From: Alkalispirochaeta sp.
Lineage (GTDB): Bacteria; Spirochaetota; Spirochaetia; DSM-27196; Alkalispirochaetaceae
Length of the DNA: 64,000 nucleotides
Direction of reading: 5' to 3'
NCBI GenBank assembly: GCA_965601925.1
Contig: OZ271854.1
Location: forward strand, 832,001 to 896,000
In this document: one piece after another, positions 1 through 8,843 of the stretch
How the letters are laid out: every line of letters begins with the position of its first letter
Position numbering within the stretch: the first letter of the stretch is position 1
The notes under the pieces: generated by a model
The model's database searches: none
What the model was told of the DNA's origin: nothing
Seen by the model: the letters and a program-made list of their open reading frames with translations, nothing else
Translations under genes and position numbers: made by a program

Positions 1-4
1 GACT

Positions 5-409
5 ATGCGTATATCCCGGCAAAGCCCAAACCCTGAGATTGTCGAAATCCATGGAAAAGTTTGCAGAAAACTACTGGCCGTGCCGGATGACAACAACCCC
101 GATGCAATTGTGATCTTCTATCTTCTGGTTGACGGTCTATGGCTTCGTATGTTCCTGGACGCCGGACTCCTTTTTGTACATGAGGTCGAAGGTCCCGACC
201 CCGTGGATGACTTGAATGGCGGTCAAGATTACTTGGACTTGACGGATCAATTTGATTGTGCCGGAACCACTATCGTTTCGGCAGTTATGCGCGATCGTGT
301 GTTCACACTACAGTTGGACGGTGGAACTGAGTTCTGTTTCTCAGAACGAGATGACGACACCATACTTGAAGTAAAGCACTCGTCGTCTGGGCCGGAGAAT
401 CCTAGGTGA
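5..409 (+). CDS. hypothetical acidic protein (immunity-like context)
   Basis: 134 aa ORF, D/E-rich, lower GC than the flanking core genes; no family recognised. Confidence 0.65.
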   Translation: MRISRQSPNPEIVEIHGKVCRKLLAVPDDNNPDAIVIFYLLVDGLWLRMFLDAGLLFVHEVEGPDPVDDLNGGQDYLDLTDQFDCAGTTIVSAVMRDRVFTLQLDGGTEFCFSERDDDTILEVKHSSSGPENPR

Positions 410-419
410 CTGAGCTGGG

Positions 420-959
420 ATGATAGTTATCAAAAAGAGGTACATAAAAAAGGTAAGGCGCATCGTCCTCTGCCTTGCGGTTACCATCTTGATCGGTTAC
501 GGATCTGAACGCCCGGCACGTGCGGACGCGCCTGATGGAAGCCGGGAACCAGATGTAACACTGGACTTAGTTCAGATTAGTAACGGCGCCGTGCAGTTCT
601 ATCTCGCCTTTGGCGCCGATAGTGCCGTGCTCGGTTTCTGGGCCATGAACGATTCCGGCGACCGAAGGTATTTCCCGATGTACGGTTCCTCTTATCGCGG
701 GATTCCACCTGTGACGCTGGAGGTATTCGTATCGGATACTGAAGAAGAGATGTGGGTCCATTCCTCGTGGTCGGGGTACGAGGAGCTGGCCTACCATCGT
801 ATAGGTACCGACCGGTTAACAACTGTCTACGGAGAGATGAGCTCGTTTGAAGAGCCTCTACCTGAGAGTCTTGTAGGAAGAACACGCGCCTTCCCAACGA
901 TGGACACTCAAAATGTGTCGAAGGTAGCCACCTTGCACTATCCTGACCAGGAACGGTGA
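420..959 (+). CDS. hypothetical exported protein
   Basis: 179 aa; basic N-terminus plus hydrophobic stretch (IVLCLAVTILIG) ending ARA. Confidence 0.65.
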   Translation: MIVIKKRYIKKVRRIVLCLAVTILIGYGSERPARADAPDGSREPDVTLDLVQISNGAVQFYLAFGADSAVLGFWAMNDSGDRRYFPMYGSSYRGIPPVTLEVFVSDTEEEMWVHSSWSGYEELAYHRIGTDRLTTVYGEMSSFEEPLPESLVGRTRAFPTMDTQNVSKVATLHYPDQER

Positions 960-1013
960 TGCTCGCATAGCGGTAGTAGGACGATAAATGTATTTCACGA
1001 TACGATAGCGTTC

Positions 1014-1313
1014 ATGCGAGAATCACGGCGTGCCGCGCTGTCGGCTGCGATTCACGATATTCTGATTCGCGATTGGGATCCGATCGGTCTGGGAGATGAG
1101 CAAGACGTTCAAGACGAGTACGACTCCTACATTCCCGGCATCCTGCGACTGCTCACCGCTGGAGCGGATCGGGTCAAAATTGCTGCGCACCTCACGCAGA
1201 TTGCCCGCGTATCGATGGGCCTATCTCCCGATCCGGACGACGGCGCGCAGGCGGTCGCCGATCGGATCATCGAGACGTACCGGCTAAAGCGCGAGTACGA
1301 GCCGGAAGGATGA
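1014..1313 (+). CDS. DUF1871-like small helical protein
   Basis: WDPIGL...DEYDSY motif; overlaps next gene by ATGA; TACGAT 7 nt upstream of ATG. Confidence 0.7.
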   Translation: MRESRRAALSAAIHDILIRDWDPIGLGDEQDVQDEYDSYIPGILRLLTAGADRVKIAAHLTQIARVSMGLSPDPDDGAQAVADRIIETYRLKREYEPEG

Positions 1314-1927
1314 CGGTAGTCGACAGAAGCCGCGGCCCGGTCGGCAAGTGGACGGCGCTGATGCCCGATCCGCCCCAGCCGAGCGATGTATTCGACGCTC
1401 TACCCCACTACTTCAACGTGCTAAACGCAGTCGCCGGCATTTTGGAACGCGAACAGTTGCTCACGCCGCAACGCGTGCATTGCGCGGATTGGGTACATTG
1501 GAACGAACCGCTCGAACTGGTGCGTGCGTCCAGGCCGCCTGCTACTTTGGACTGGGAAGATGTGCAGCGCCTCACATACGATGAGTTTTTGTTCGATCGC
1601 CCGACGCGCACCGTTCCGTTGGAGATATCGGTCGACGGCGTCGGCATCGTCTACAACGAACATGGGGCCGCCGTAGAGATTTGCGACGCCGTCTGGATCG
1701 GTTACGCCTACTTCGTCGAGCCGTATCTGAGCATTCAAACGCAGACCGATGCGTGGCTGGCCCGCGATCTCGACGGCGCCGAGCAGCCGGCGATACACGC
1801 GGCCAATCGCGACCGCCTCGCCCGCGGCCTCGCGGCGGTACAGGCATTTCTGGGCGAGCCGCTCGAGTCGGAAGAGGACATGAAGTTCGGTACCGCCGAC
1901 GGCTTTTACCTGCGGAACGTTCCGTGA
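1310..1927 (+). CDS. hypothetical protein, distant paralogue of 6996..7694
   Basis: 205 aa; shares D-x-WL-xxx-LDG-xx-Q...R-xx-L motif with 6996..7694. Confidence 0.7.
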   Translation: MTVVDRSRGPVGKWTALMPDPPQPSDVFDALPHYFNVLNAVAGILEREQLLTPQRVHCADWVHWNEPLELVRASRPPATLDWEDVQRLTYDEFLFDRPTRTVPLEISVDGVGIVYNEHGAAVEICDAVWIGYAYFVEPYLSIQTQTDAWLARDLDGAEQPAIHAANRDRLARGLAAVQAFLGEPLESEEDMKFGTADGFYLRNVP

Positions 1928-1990
1928 GCGAAGCGGCGATCGAGGCGACACACACTGTACCCGGCCACGACGACCGGGCATAATCGATTC

Positions 1991-2550
1991 ATGGAACGCT
2001 TCAAGAAGTTCTTCGACACCTACGGACCGGGCACGCGGTACGGCGCGATTAACGCGAACGCCTGGAGTAGTACCGCGAGGCGCTCGGCGCCGATATCTAC
2101 GCGTTGCTCGCCTACGAAGGCGGCTCAAGTTACATAGACGGTTTTCTGTGGACCCTCGACCCAGCGCCACACGTCCAGTGGGTCGTCGCCGACTCGCCCT
2201 GCATCCCCTTTGCCCGAACCGCCTTCACCGATCTGTCCTTTGTGCGCGACCGGGAGGTCATGATCCTGTTTACCGACAAGGGTCTGCTTGACTACGCGAC
2301 CGGCCTGGGCGATTGGTTCTTCAATCGCTATCTGACCGACGCCACGTACATGGACGAGGATTTTCGCCGGCGGCTTTTCTTTCATATACCCGAACACAGC
2401 GGTATCGGCCCCGACGAGTGCTTTGGGTTTACGCCGCTGTTGTCGCTCGGCGGGTCCGAGACGGTGGAGCATATCGAGCCGGTGAAGCTCGACGAGTACT
2501 TGCTACTCCTGTCGCAAGCCTCGGACGAGCTCGACTTTGTGCAACATTGA
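1991..2550 (+). pseudogene. GAD-like / T6SS Tdi1 C-terminal (DUF1851) immunity protein, disrupted
   Basis: C-terminal part has the ECFGFTPLLSLGG...VKLDEYL motif. The ATG 1991 frame joins the 2104..2550 frame only via a 1-nt shift near 2056 and read-through of TAG 2068-2070 (LE*YREALG...YIDGFLWTLDP). Confidence 0.75.
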
Positions 2551-2594
2551 AGTCACGCTACCCGCGAGATATCGTGGTCCAAAGGAGGCTCACG

Positions 2595-3038
2595 ATGCAC
2601 CCGCGCCGACCGGTTTCGCTCCCGCCGCTGCAAGAGGTCTCGCTGGAGATCAGCGCGATCAAGACCGCGTGTTACATGTGGCGGATCAAGCGCCGATCGA
2701 TCTATGCCGGCTATACCGTGGTTAGCGGCGTCTACCGAGAAGGATCTGCAGGGGCTCAGGACGCCACCTATATCCACTGGAGGCTGAACGAGTTTTGCGA
2801 TCTGACTCACCCGGCTTTGATACAAGGGCTCGTGGTCGACTTCACCAACTTGGAATACACCTACGGTGACGATCTGGAGATCACGCCGGATCGGATCGTT
2901 CGTATGCGCTTGCCGCTTCGAATCGTCGTTCCGGCGGACAAGCGCGACCGGTTCGAGCCGGTGTTGGGGTCGGAGCACCTCAGCACGTCGCTTGAAGACG
3001 CGTTTGGATACGTGCAGCGCTCACTGGAGCAGGGTTAA
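2595..3038 (+). CDS. hypothetical protein, possibly STAS-like fold
   Basis: AAAGGAGG RBS at 2581 then ATG 2595; motif SGVY..GSAG..DA...VVDFTNLEYTYGDD. Confidence 0.7.
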   Translation: MHPRRPVSLPPLQEVSLEISAIKTACYMWRIKRRSIYAGYTVVSGVYREGSAGAQDATYIHWRLNEFCDLTHPALIQGLVVDFTNLEYTYGDDLEITPDRIVRMRLPLRIVVPADKRDRFEPVLGSEHLSTSLEDAFGYVQRSLEQG

Positions 3039-3367
3039 TGTCGTTTCCGGACTGTATCAACACGTGTATAGAGGCCACGCTGGCCGCGCCCGGCACACCG
3101 CAGCGCCTCGGGCCGCTGGGGGAGCGGACGGCGGGCGATCGCTTCCTCGTGGCGTACGAGACGCTGCACGAACGGTTCGGCCCGCCCGATGCGCCGGCGA
3201 TCGAGAGTCCGATCGACTACCGATCGATCTTGGAGGTGGAAGCGGAGATGTTCGCTCTGTGGGAGTTCGACTACTACCAACTATCGTTGCGCCTGGAATC
3301 GGAACTGGACCAGGGCTATGTTGTCATCCAGCGACATGAGCCGTCTTCCCATGCCTTGGAAAGCTAA
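3038..3367 (+). CDS. hypothetical acidic protein
   Basis: 109 aa; TAATG stop/start coupling with the previous gene. Confidence 0.6.
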   Translation: MSFPDCINTCIEATLAAPGTPQRLGPLGERTAGDRFLVAYETLHERFGPPDAPAIESPIDYRSILEVEAEMFALWEFDYYQLSLRLESELDQGYVVIQRHEPSSHALES

Positions 3368-3374
3368 CGCGTCT

Positions 3375-3722
3375 GTGATCCGGCGCAACGCGATCAGTTG
3401 TGTAATCGCTGCGACTGCCGTACTGCTCGCCCTATCGTCGTGCGCCGGCCGTCACGCCGTCGGCGCCGAATACCGACGCTTCACCGCTCCCGACGGGCGT
3501 TACGCGGTCGTTGTGCGGTTCGACGCCGCGTCCCCGGCGCCGATCGTCCCCGGATCCAGCGGCGACCGAGCCGGCTTCGTGCAACTGGTGGACCGACACG
3601 GCGAAGTGGTGCAACAGGTGGCGGTAGACATGGTGAGCCGGGTCGATCAAGTGACGTGGCACGCGGATGAGGTGGAGGTGAAGCTTGTTGCTACATGGCG
3701 GCTTGAGAGCACGACGCAGTGA
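3375..3722 (+). CDS. putative lipoprotein
   Basis: GTG 3375 within ORF 3189..3722; hydrophobic signal ending LSS-C; APDGRY motif. Confidence 0.65.
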   Translation: MIRRNAISCVIAATAVLLALSSCAGRHAVGAEYRRFTAPDGRYAVVVRFDAASPAPIVPGSSGDRAGFVQLVDRHGEVVQQVAVDMVSRVDQVTWHADEVEVKLVATWRLESTTQ

Positions 3723-3959
3723 ACCTGTGTTATGGCGGGGCTATGGTAAAAGCGCGACACTCTCGCGTAACTGCCCGGAGTATTGTTGGGTCTGGACGAC
3801 CGGGGGCGAGGCGGATGACCCATTACCGGGCTCGCCGGCACCTACACCGACACGCGCCACCTGTGATATAACGGCGCGCGCCGGGTGGCGGCTCATATCG
3901 CGTCCAGCGATTTGGGTTCGATCGACGAAGGAACGGAAGTCGCCGCCCGGTGAGGCTTC

Positions 3960-4526
3960 GTGACGAAAACCGCAATGGATGATCTCGTTCGTGGACATTT
4001 CGAGCGTTTTGCAGAGTCGCTGGCATACCCGGTACGCTACTCAATAACGCATCTCGATGACGTATGGAAGGCGGATTACCTCGTTCAACACCCGTTGTTT
4101 GGACCAATCCATTGTATTCCGGACATTACGTTGTCATTCACGAACCGACGCGGGAAGTACGAGTCGCACGTGCTTGCCATGTTTTATGCATCCCAAAAGC
4201 GATTGCAAACGCGAAACTTCGGAGCACCCATACTCTCCGGCGTCTACGATTCTGAGAACGCGGCGTGGGACCGTTGGCAGTGGAGCATCGACGAGTTTGA
4301 TGAGTTCGAAACGGTACTACCAGCGGAACATGGTCCGTTGAACAATCAAATGGAAGATGTGAACCTTGACTCTGATATCAACAGGCTCAGGTTGTTGGAA
4401 GCGTGCTTCGCGGTGCCGTTTACCGGGAAGGGACTCCACGATTCGTTTTGGGAAGCTGAATCCGATATCGTTTTGGGACCGTTTCAGGTACGGTTGCACG
4501 TTAGAGTCCCGTTGGGCGGGAACTAG
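3960..4526 (+). CDS. hypothetical acidic protein
   Basis: 188 aa ORF, lower GC than flanks, aromatic/acidic composition. Confidence 0.65.
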   Translation: MTKTAMDDLVRGHFERFAESLAYPVRYSITHLDDVWKADYLVQHPLFGPIHCIPDITLSFTNRRGKYESHVLAMFYASQKRLQTRNFGAPILSGVYDSENAAWDRWQWSIDEFDEFETVLPAEHGPLNNQMEDVNLDSDINRLRLLEACFAVPFTGKGLHDSFWEAESDIVLGPFQVRLHVRVPLGGN

Positions 4527-4769
4527 AACGAATGGTTGGTGGCTATCGCGATTCGGGGCGAGCACGTAGCCATCGGCAATTATGAAGGCGATTGGATGGT
4601 GTTTGGGCTTGAGAAGACCGATGGTTTCCCTGCTCTTACCCCCAAAGAACTCGTATGGTGGGATGACGATAGCCACAGATTTGCCGGCCGCGAGCAGCGA
4701 CAAGACTCTTGAACCCGGCAATGGCCCGACGCGCGCCGAATCCCCTGCGAAGCGGGCTACCGTGGCCGC

Positions 4770-5138
4770 TCAGTCCCACAGAGAATAGTAACGTCGCGAC
4801 TCGGCGCCCATCAGTGGTGCGATCGTGTCGGTGAACCCTTCGCCGGCGATGTTCTCCAAAAAGCAGGTGGTCGCCGCGCCGGATAGATCGGGCGCGGCGC
4901 TACGCACCGACACTTCGACCAGGGTAAAGAGATCGGAAAGCTGATTCTGAGAAAGCGTCGTGAAATTGTCGCGAAAATAATGGCTGAAGTGGGCGTAGAT
5001 GCCGTAAAACGAGTAGTCGTCGGGGCCGTCGCGAAAGAGGTTCTCGTCGCTATCCCAGTACGGCCCGAAGTCGGGAACGATGGCTACAAGCGCGGCCAAC
5101 AGCTCCCGCGGGTCGTTGGCAACAGGCGGCGGCTTCAT
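4770..5138 (-). CDS. small helical immunity-like protein
   Basis: 122 aa; C-terminal AATTCFLENI...LMG.ESR.Y..W pattern; own promoter directly upstream. Confidence 0.7.
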   Translation of the reverse strand: MKPPPVANDPRELLAALVAIVPDFGPYWDSDENLFRDGPDDYSFYGIYAHFSHYFRDNFTTLSQNQLSDLFTLVEVSVRSAAPDLSGAATTCFLENIAGEGFTDTIAPLMGAESRRYYSLWD

Positions 5139-5144
5139 GCGTCG

Positions 5145-5173
5145 ACGATATGCCCGTGCCGCAAGATCGTCAA
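5145..5173 (-). promoter_or_regulatory. sigma70-type promoter, leaderless transcript
   Basis: Minus strand TTGACG (5173-5168)-17 nt-TATCGT (5150-5145)-6 nt-ATG (5138); no SD. Confidence 0.65.
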
Positions 5174-5296
5174 TCAGCGTACCCTACGTGTCGACCTCGT
5201 CCTCGTGATCGTAGTTCGCATTGTTCAGCGGCTTGTCTCAGCCCGCACACCAAGCCATGAGACTGATCATCTGTGCCACCGCGAGTAATACTACTT

Positions 5297-5680
5297 TCAC
5301 CAGATTGGCTCCACAACAAACTCAAAAACTGATTGATGATATATCGGATCGTCATCGCGCCACTCTTGGTGTGGAAAAAACTCATCCCAAATCAAGATGA
5401 ACACTTTTTTTGTTTCCTCTTCTTCAAGAAAGGAATGCATCGCTCCTTTCACCATGAGATCATTCAGTCTAACGAGTTCATTATTTAGTATAAACTTCAA
5501 AACAAATTTTAAACCATGCAGATATTTCGTCTGACCTTCAGAATCGCCCGCACCAAATACTTTTTCTTTATAGAACTGTATGAAACATAGATAGTCTTCA
5601 GGGCTGGGCATCTCAAAATATTGGCCCTCGATCATATATGCTGTTATGTCCAATAGATATCTTATATTGACCTCGGTCAT
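5297..5680 (-). CDS. AT-rich immunity-like protein (CdiI-like context)
   Basis: 127 aa; markedly AT-rich; GGAGA RBS; ATGA overlap with an upstream peptide remnant. Confidence 0.75.
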   Translation of the reverse strand: MTEVNIRYLLDITAYMIEGQYFEMPSPEDYLCFIQFYKEKVFGAGDSEGQTKYLHGLKFVLKFILNNELVRLNDLMVKGAMHSFLEEEETKKVFILIWDEFFPHQEWRDDDPIYHQSVFEFVVEPIW

Positions 5681-5745
5681 TTCAATCTCCCGGTTTCTAA
5701 AGCAGGAATACTTGTCATTGTTCTAAACATAGGAATGCCGGCAAA
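5677..5745 (-). pseudogene. remnant C-terminus of an upstream gene (probable toxin tip)
   Basis: Frame reads ...FAGIPMFRTMTSIPALETGRLK* with its TGA overlapping the ATG of 5297..5680; shares the AT-rich composition. Confidence 0.45.
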
Positions 5746-5830
5746 GCTGAAGTCGCTTCGCGAGACGGACACGCGGAGGCACCCTCTTTGAACCCCTTCG
5801 GAACGGGGGGCGACCCGCGGTCATTCATCC

Positions 5831-6157
5831 TCATCGTCCCAACCCTGCCAAAACGCGTTGTCTGCGTCGTTCAATGCGTCTCCATCGGATTCGGGGTGCC
5901 CTTCCAGCCGTCCCTCCAACGCCGTAATCGTGACATGAGGCGGCCGCCGCAACTCGCGCCGCGAGAGTCCGGTCATCGAGCGACGCTACCTCATCGGCCG
6001 AGAGCACGATCATACTGAGTCGATCGCGATATTCATCGTCCGGCCGCTCGAGGCGACGCCGTAAGCGCACGACGCGCAGCACGCCGTCGGCATCGACCAT
6101 CGCCGCGGTGGCGGCCTCTTCCCACTCGCTTACCTCGAGTCGAAACTCGCGCTCCAC
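5831..6157 (-). CDS. hypothetical protein
   Basis: 108 aa ORF; N-terminal half protein-like, C-terminus Arg-rich and doubtful. Confidence 0.4.
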   Translation of the reverse strand: MEREFRLEVSEWEEAATAAMVDADGVLRVVRLRRRLERPDDEYRDRLSMIVLSADEVASLDDRTLAARVAAAASCHDYGVGGTAGRAPRIRWRRIERRRQRVLAGLGR

Positions 6158-6982
6158 GACCGCTTAGACGGCGCCGGCCGAACGGCACCAACCCGACCTC
6201 GTGTTGCGCCAACAGGGCGATCTCGTCCGGTGTGCTTCGCGCCAGCTCGGCCAGACACTCTTGCAGCGATTTTATCAAGACCTCAACGTCCGTCTCGAAA
6301 GGATCGGCCAACTGGTCGGTCGCAAGGACTTGCAGCGGCGCCGCGAGCGAGCCCAGCAGGTCGCGGTAGGTATCGATAAGCTCCGCGGCGTCGGGAAGCG
6401 GTTCGATGCGCGCCCCGTAGCGCTCCGCCAACCGGTCAAGCTGCGGCCGATGAAATTGAGCGCAGATCGCAACCAACACCTCCAGTCGCGCGGGCTCATC
6501 CGGCGGCCACGGGTCGGTCCAGATTTCCGGATCGATACGCGCCGGCTCGACCTGGTTGGCTACCAGCGGGTCGGCCGACTCGTCCCGGTTGTCGATAGCC
6601 AAGGCATCACATAGGACGAGACACCGTTCGGCCGCTTCGCAGAGCGCCCTGCGATACGCCACGAGCGGCACAGTGGCGCGTGGCAAGGTTTCCGTTTCGC
6701 CGTCCGGTGTGCCGCGCAAGAACGATACGACGAAGGCGCCCGACGCCTGCGAGAGCGTAAAGGTGTACGGCCCTTCCATGAAGGAATTGGTCTGCTGCGA
6801 CTCCGGGGCGCGACCGCTTGCGAAGGTCAGGTAGTCTTCGATTCACCGCCCGCGCACGATGACCGATTGATCGTACCGTCGGTCGCCGGAAAAACGCGGC
6901 CGGCGATCTCCAGGAAAACTGTGGTCGTGAGTTTGCCGGGTTGTGTCGCCAGATTGTCGTTGCCCAATCGCATCACGACCAT
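6033..6982 (-). pseudogene. decayed hypothetical gene (FP..W.D...WW...FMEGPY type), probably fused to a second fragment
   Basis: ATG 6982 reads MVVMRLG...GRVFPATD; 1-nt shift near 6877; in-frame TGA 6845-6843; continues IEDYLTF...SFMEGPY into ORF 6033..6779. Confidence 0.55.
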
Positions 6983-6995
6983 CGTGGATGAATCC

Positions 6996-7694
6996 TTAGA
7001 GCGGAATCCTTCTCAACAATGTTCCTTCGTGCACCGAATACATATCGAACGGAACGCCGTCCAGCGACTCATTCGTCGGCATGTACGTCTGTTTATCGTA
7101 GATGACAAACCGATTCTCCCACTCCGGCTCGATTTCGTACCGCGCGCCGTAGCTATCCTGCAGAAACCGCATCAGCGCCTGAAGTTGTCGCCGCGCTCCG
7201 GTAGCAGCCTCGCATTGCATTCCGCCGTCGAGAGTATGCGGAAGCCACACGTCGTAGTACGAGGCGAGTGTGATGACTCGCGTATCGAGGACGGTGGCGC
7301 GCACCACCAAAAGATCGTCTAACGGTTCCGTTTCGCCCGATAGAAGCCCGCTTCCGCTGCAGTGGGCCGCGATGCCCAGTTGCATGTCGGAAGTCGCCGC
7401 TTCGGTCCGCCGTTTGTCCGCGATCAGTAACACATCGGTGCGAGCGAGCAACTCCTCGACGCGCTCGGCCGCGTCCGCGTCGCCACCGGCCGCGATCTCG
7501 ACTATGCAGGGTTCGGCAATGTGCGTGGCGACGACCCGTTCAACGATGCCTATCGCGTCCTGAGTCACATCGAGAAGATGTTGAGTTCGCCTATGAATAG
7601 GAAACGCTGCATTGCTCGTCAGCGATATCTCGAAGATCGGATAGAGACGGTGGGTCGACTTGATGACGTATTTGTTCGTGTTGCTCCTTTTCAT
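6996..7694 (-). CDS. hypothetical protein, distant paralogue of 1310..1927
   Basis: 232 aa; YDVWLPHTLDGGMQ...RRQLQALMRFLQDSYG motif. Confidence 0.7.
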   Translation of the reverse strand: MKRSNTNKYVIKSTHRLYPIFEISLTSNAAFPIHRRTQHLLDVTQDAIGIVERVVATHIAEPCIVEIAAGGDADAAERVEELLARTDVLLIADKRRTEAATSDMQLGIAAHCSGSGLLSGETEPLDDLLVVRATVLDTRVITLASYYDVWLPHTLDGGMQCEAATGARRQLQALMRFLQDSYGARYEIEPEWENRFVIYDKQTYMPTNESLDGVPFDMYSVHEGTLLRRIPL

Positions 7695-7721
7695 AGCCGC
7701 GCGAACCGCGGACGTCGCCCG

Positions 7722-8423
7722 TTACAATCGCGCCTTCACCTGCCGCAACCGCTCTGCGTGGTAGCTGAAGTCGCGCTCGGGGAAGATCGTCGGCAAGAGC
7801 CTGACGGCGCGCTCCATATCTTCCAACGCGGCCTCGACGTGTGGCATGTCCTTGGCGATATCGATGTAGAAGTATTGCCACCCCTTGACCGCGCATGAGG
7901 CGAACATCGCGTCATAGTACTGCGAAAGTGAGAACTCCATCGGTACATACCAGTTGCGATCAAAGAAGGCGATGTGCGGCGGGAAGGTCCCGGGCTTGCG
8001 GACGAAGCAACCGAAACGCCAGTCGTCGCCCCACGCCTGCTGCTCGAACCAACCCAGCTTCTCGAAGTGCGCCAGGTTCTCCGGTACCTCGACATCCGGC
8101 GGCAACGAGAAGTCGACCTTCCAGAACTGCGACGGTACCGCCAGCGACTCCCACAGGCCGTTGATCTTGAAGCCGCCGTAGAGGAACTCATCGTCGGCGA
8201 CGTGCCACATCAAGGAGGCGCCGTCAAAGTCGATGTAATCGGTATCGCCGCCCGAAAGCGTAACCCCGCAGTCCCGGGCGATATCCTCGACGACCATCTC
8301 CAACACGCCCTCTTCCGAAACCTCAGGATCGACCCACTGTTCCCGATCGTCTGGACCGGCCAGCCGTGGACCGTTCAGAAGCTCTTCTTTGAACGTCTGG
8401 AACTGCTCGATAACGCTTGCCAT
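7722..8423 (-). CDS. SUKH (SMI1/KNR4)-like immunity protein
   Basis: 233 aa, acidic; DG..L.W, YGGFKI, SLSQYY, GWQYFY and LP.IFP..DF motifs resemble SUKH-derived immunity proteins. Confidence 0.65.
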   Translation of the reverse strand: MASVIEQFQTFKEELLNGPRLAGPDDREQWVDPEVSEEGVLEMVVEDIARDCGVTLSGGDTDYIDFDGASLMWHVADDEFLYGGFKINGLWESLAVPSQFWKVDFSLPPDVEVPENLAHFEKLGWFEQQAWGDDWRFGCFVRKPGTFPPHIAFFDRNWYVPMEFSLSQYYDAMFASCAVKGWQYFYIDIAKDMPHVEAALEDMERAVRLLPTIFPERDFSYHAERLRQVKARL

Positions 8424-8773
8424 GGTTGGATGGCGCCCCCTTGACTATCGGCGTCGTGATCGTCGCGTTGTTGCGCCAGCCACTCTTCGTCGTGCGCCTT
8501 TTGCGTGTAGTTGTAGAGCAAATCCATGTCTGCGGCGAGTCGTCGCGATATGACCAGTGTGCCGTCGGAGGTGGTCCGATACGGCTCGCGGTAGAAGCTC
8601 AAAACGAACTCGAGGTTGGAGATGAACTCAGGGTCGTCGATAGGCGGTTCGAAGACGTACTGGTCGCCCGCGACCGTTACCGGACGAAATGCGGCATCGA
8701 TCAGAGAGCTACAGGAGAATGTTACGAGGAAAAGGAGCGTAACAAGGGTAATGCGTGCGATCAGTTTTAACAC
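8375..8773 (-). CDS. putative lipoprotein
   Basis: GGAGAG RBS, GTG 8773; signal ...LVTFS-C; NLEFVLSFY...DLLYNYTQKA.D.EWL. C-terminus runs into the next gene, so the stop may be lost. Confidence 0.6.
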   Translation of the reverse strand: MLKLIARITLVTLLFLVTFSCSSLIDAAFRPVTVAGDQYVFEPPIDDPEFISNLEFVLSFYREPYRTTSDGTLVISRRLAADMDLLYNYTQKAHDEEWLAQQRDDHDADSQGGAIQPWQALSSSSRRSKKSF

Positions 8774-8808
8774 GACTCGTCTCTCCGACACCACAGTATC
8801 ACTTTGGC

Positions 8809-8843
8809 GAGGCTCTTTCAAAACTGCGTTTTGTAAGAGCCTC
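8809..8843. repeat. 16-3-16 inverted repeat
   Basis: GAGGCTCTTTCAAAAC-TGC-GTTTTGTAAGAGCCTC; 15/16 paired. Confidence 0.85.

Noticed and set aside
2068..2070. Stop-codon recoding (TAG here; TGA at 6845-6843 and 10334-10332)
   Set aside because: Each in-frame stop is accompanied by frameshifts, and intact genes use all three stops normally, so decay is the simpler explanation.
4317..4721. Minus-strand 134-aa ORF at the island convergence point
   Set aside because: Overlaps 3960..4526 antisense over half its length; may hold a gene remnant but nothing was recognisable.
5..8773. Integron cassette array
   Set aside because: Spacers are short and unrelated, no repeated attC-like RYYYAAC...GTTRRRY pattern was seen, genes are on both strands and there is no integrase in the window.
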